Shown here in pieces: positions 60,429 to 64,000 of a DNA stretch of 64,000 nucleotides. This stretch comes from the human T2T-CHM13v2.0 reference genome, Homo sapiens. The stretch lies in the NCBI RefSeq assembly GCF_009914755.1, contig NC_060925.1; one strand, written 5' to 3'. How positions within the stretch are numbered: position 1 is the stretch's first letter; each line of letters starts with the position of its first letter. Under the pieces are notes generated by a model. That model was not told the DNA's origin. It was given only the letters and a program-made list of their open reading frames with translations, and made no database searches. A program made the position numbers and the translations under genes.

Positions 60429-60644
60429 CAGAAGAAGGGGAGCAGTATACATATAAGAAACAGGATGTATAAAATCACAAAGGTGAGATAAAATATTGGA
60501 TAAAAATAAATGAATGAGTGCACTTTTGATTTTCTAAGGAGCTTCCTGGCTCATGATGCTTTATTTTTCCCAAAACCATATACAGCTGTCCTGGGAAAAT
60601 GTGTAGGTAAGTGTCACAGAGTTTAATAAACTCATACACTTGTG

Positions 60645-60693
60645 CATACATACACACACAAGCACGCACGCACGCACACACACACACACACAC
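60645..60693. repeat. (CA)n/(CACG)n microsatellite
   Basis: Direct reading. Confidence 0.9.
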
Positions 60694-61689
60694 AGTATTA
60701 TGCAGGTTTTTGGTAACATCACAGGATCTGCAGGAAAATATCAAGCTGTGTGGGAACATCAGTTGCTTGTTTCTAAAGAAAGGTTATTTTGTCTTAGAAA
60801 GAGGGACTTGATTTTAAAACATTTTTTATGATTGCAACAAGTGGACAGAATATGGGGTTTTCATTTCTTCCATTTTTTATTCTACCTTTTGTTCTACTTG
60901 GTGATACCTTGAGAAGCAGTGGAATTTATTTTAGTGACTTCAAGGTGTTAAAAAGTATCCTGAAATAGCCTGTGGCTGACTGAACACAATGGGTATGTTA
61001 CCTGTTTTAATGAAAACAGGGATGTGCCGGGCCCTGCAGTTCATCTCTCTGTGGAGAGGATTTTGGCCTGCTTTGCTCTTTTGCCTTATCCCTGAAGTAT
61101 CACATTTCAAAACATGATGAGGAGGTTGGTATGCCAATCCAAATTTTTTCTCTTGAAATGCACATCATGTGTAACATTTCAAAGGTCATTCTCTAGACTT
61201 TGTGCTTTTAAATTACAATAACAGGAAAATGAAATGAAAGCAACTAGCCTGTCAAAACTTTAGTAGCATAACAGAAACATTTTCTGAGAATATCCAGGAA
61301 GTTTTATTCAAGAAGACATTTATTTATTGAATGTCCACTATTTGCCCAGTGGCTATGACAATATCTGGCAAAAAGGAAGCACTCAATAAATATTAGTAGA
61401 ATGAATGTATGATTGAATTAATGAATAAATAAAGATTAAAAAATGAAAAGGACACAGTCCTTTACCACAGAGATTATAGTCTAATAAGGAAGATATACAC
61501 TGCTATAACTGTGAGGCAAGGTAATAAATTCTATAAAATACAACATGCTAAGAAAGCACATAAAACTTTATTAAATACACATAGATAAGACTAAGGAAGT
61601 GCCATAAAGGCAAAGATAAAGATATATTGCTAGAACAAGCTTAGAATTAAAGAAGGGCCATGTTCTTAGTCTCTGGGAAAGAGGGAAAA

Positions 61690-62189
61690 AGGTATTATGA
61701 TTATTGCTTTTATTTACTCAGCACGTCTTCTCCCTTCCTTTGGTAACAAATTCTACCCCTTGGCCTGACCACAGTGCTACCATATTAAACAAACTAGATC
61801 AATGATGTTACTCATCTATTTGGGCACAGGAGATTGGGCAAGGAATGGGCAAATGTCCAAAGTTGGAACAAAAACTTTTCCTTGGAATTTTCTACCTGAA
61901 GGTAAGAAGGTAGTATCCTTCCTTTAGCTGGTTACAAAGCCCTTCATATAAAATCCTAGAAGTGACAAAGACCATGACCTCATCATGTGAAGAGTCCTGA
62001 ATGCATTAGAAGAAAAGTCAAAATGCAGAGAAGTGAAAAAAGTATTATGGAATCATCTAGTTCCCTGATTCCAGACACATTCAGCGTCATGTTTGCCCTT
62101 TACAATTAGTTGAGTTAATAAAGCCCCTAATTTTTTTAAGCTACTTTGCAGATTTCTGACCCCTGAAACTAAAAGAACAATGACATACA
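61690..62189 (+). mobile_element. LTR33-like ERVL solo LTR
   Basis: 'tcccttcctttggtaaca'; end 'aataaagcccc...tttaagcta...aactaaaagaacaatgacataca'. Confidence 0.55.
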
Positions 62190-62229
62190 TAAAGAATGCC
62201 AGAGAATTTCAAGCCTTTGGTTGCGTCTG

Positions 62230-64000
62230 ATGACTTTTTTCTCCATAATTGAAAGTAGATGGTATTTAACCTTTACATGTCCAAGCCAGATATCGAACAA
62301 TACAAATGTACAATTATATACCAGTGAATACATGTGTATCATCAATATATGTGTAATCTAACAATATAGCCTGAAAATACAATATGCAAGAACAAACAGA
62401 ATTGCAAGAAGAAATAGATAAATCAGCAACAAGCAGCAAATCTATTAGAGAAGAAACAGAGATTAGCCATGGGACAACACTAATTAGATTTTACAATGGA
62501 ATTATCAGCCACAGTAGAGACTGAAAACACAATGTAATAATATCTTCAAAATCCTGAGGGGAAAAAAATAGCTTTTAATAAAAAAACTATACCTAGCTAA
62601 ACTGTCATCAGGAATAAAGATATATTTTCAGATATATAATGACTTACAGAATATAAAACAAACCATCTCAGTAAGGATGTCAGCAAGATGACAGAATAGG
62701 AGGCACAGGATTCTCCCTCCACCCACAGACACACCAAATAAACAACTACACATGGATCAGTTTCATCTGAGAAAAATCCAGAAGCTTGTTTATAGACTCC
62801 TGTACACAAAGTGACTGAGGAAATTCTCACTTCAAAGCAGCATCTGCCTGAGGTTCTGGCTTTTAACTAGCTTGTGCTGGAAGCTGATGAGGTAAGCAAT
62901 CTCTAGTCCTCTGGAAGCATAAAGGGGAATGTGGGCAATTCCTATGGCTTCTCTCACTGCTATGGTTTGAATGTTTGTCCTCTCCAAAACTCACATTGAA
63001 ATTAACAAGTGGAACCTTTGAGAGGTGATTAGGTCATCGGGGCAATGCCATTATCAAAGGGTGAGTGTGGCCCCATTTTGTCTCTTTGCCTTTCTGTTTT
63101 CTGCCATGTGGTGACACAGCAGGAATGCCTTTGCCAGATGCTAGTGCCTTTATCTTGAACTTCCCAGCCTCCAGAACTGTGAGAAAATAAATTTCTGATC
63201 ATTATAAATTACCCAGTCTCAGCTATTCTGTTATAGCAACACACAATTGACTGAGACATTACCCCCGGCCTCCTCCAATGATAAAATCAAACCCCCAACT
63301 TCTCCCTGGAAGAACCTGGACCACACATGTAGCACCCAACTCTTATAGCTAGTACCCAAGGAATTAACTCCAAACTTGCATATCTCTGGAAGTTGAGAAT
63401 CTAGCATCAAAGTCACTGGCTCCTGGAGCTGATGAGACAGGCAATCACTAATGCCCTGGGAATTTAAACAGGCATGTGGCATGCCCAGAGCTCCTTCTCT
63501 GGGAATAAAACCAAGCCTCCAACTTCTCCCTAGGAGTTGGCCTACCTGTCTAGTATCCCAACTTTTCTGGTCGTTACCTGAGAAGCTGGTCTCTAGCCAC
63601 CTTTATCTGACAGCTGATGGGGCCTGGCATTCACTAGACCCCTGAGAGTGACAGAGAGCAAAGAAGTGATTTGAAAGAGCATTCAGTCAGAATGAGCACA
63701 CAGAAATTTTCCACAGCTCTCCTCTCTGGCTCAGTGAAGACTGAGAGGGGAATAAACCCCAGCTTCCAGCTTCTCCATGAAGAGAAAAGGAATTGGATCA
63801 TACATCTAATACTCCAACTTTTCTAGCTGCTACTCTAGGGAATGGATCCTATCTCACTGTCTCAGAGCACTGATGAAACTTGGTAAACTTCAGTCTTCCG
63901 AGACCATTGAGAAAAAAGATGGCTCTTTGCAGCACATAATTTGAGAGGCACCCAGAATCTCTGAAGACTGGGAGAGATGGCTGTCTTACCTAATGCACAG
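62230..64000 (+). mobile_element. Old L1M relics: ORF fragments 62230-62660, then an L1M 5'UTR from ~62675, interrupted by an MST LTR
   Basis: 'gaattgcaagaagaaatagataaatc'; 5' start 'gatgtcagcaagatgacagaataggagg'. Confidence 0.6.
62958..63258 (+). mobile_element. MSTC/MSTD-like solo LTR, internally deleted
   Basis: 'tgctatggtttgaatgtttgtcc' ... 'cttcccagcctccagaactgtgagaaaataaatttctg...gactgagaca'. Confidence 0.85.

Overview
This is AT-rich primate (human-like) genomic DNA, intronic or intergenic, and roughly two-thirds to three-quarters transposon-derived. No cellular protein-coding exon could be identified with confidence. Three near- or full-length LINE-1s lie on the + strand: an L1PA15/16-like copy (~18.6-25.5 kb), an L1MA1/2-like copy (~30.6-37.9 kb) and a full-length L1PA3 with an 18-bp TSD (45.2-51.4 kb). 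The window also holds older L1M relics, a complete THE1D MaLR provirus (52.7-55.0 kb), solo LTRs (THE1B, MSTB, MSTC/D, MER31, MLT1, LTR16, LTR33), DNA transposons (Tigger3a/3b, MER1A, MER33, MADE2, a Charlie MITE), 11 Alu/FLAM copies, L2/MIR relics and microsatellites. Subfamily names come from recalled consensus features, not from a database search. Best-supported curiosities: a 34-nt tailless U2 snRNA retrocopy with 15-bp TSDs inside an L1; a 171-bp near-identical local copy of THE1D internal sequence 2.3 kb from its source; an LTR carrying an inverted partial copy of itself; several templated-insertion repair scars; and an L1PA3 that keeps the ZNF93-bound segment but has a mutated YY1 site. 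The unique stretches contain speculative microexon and enhancer candidates. I found no convincing evidence for a new biological system.
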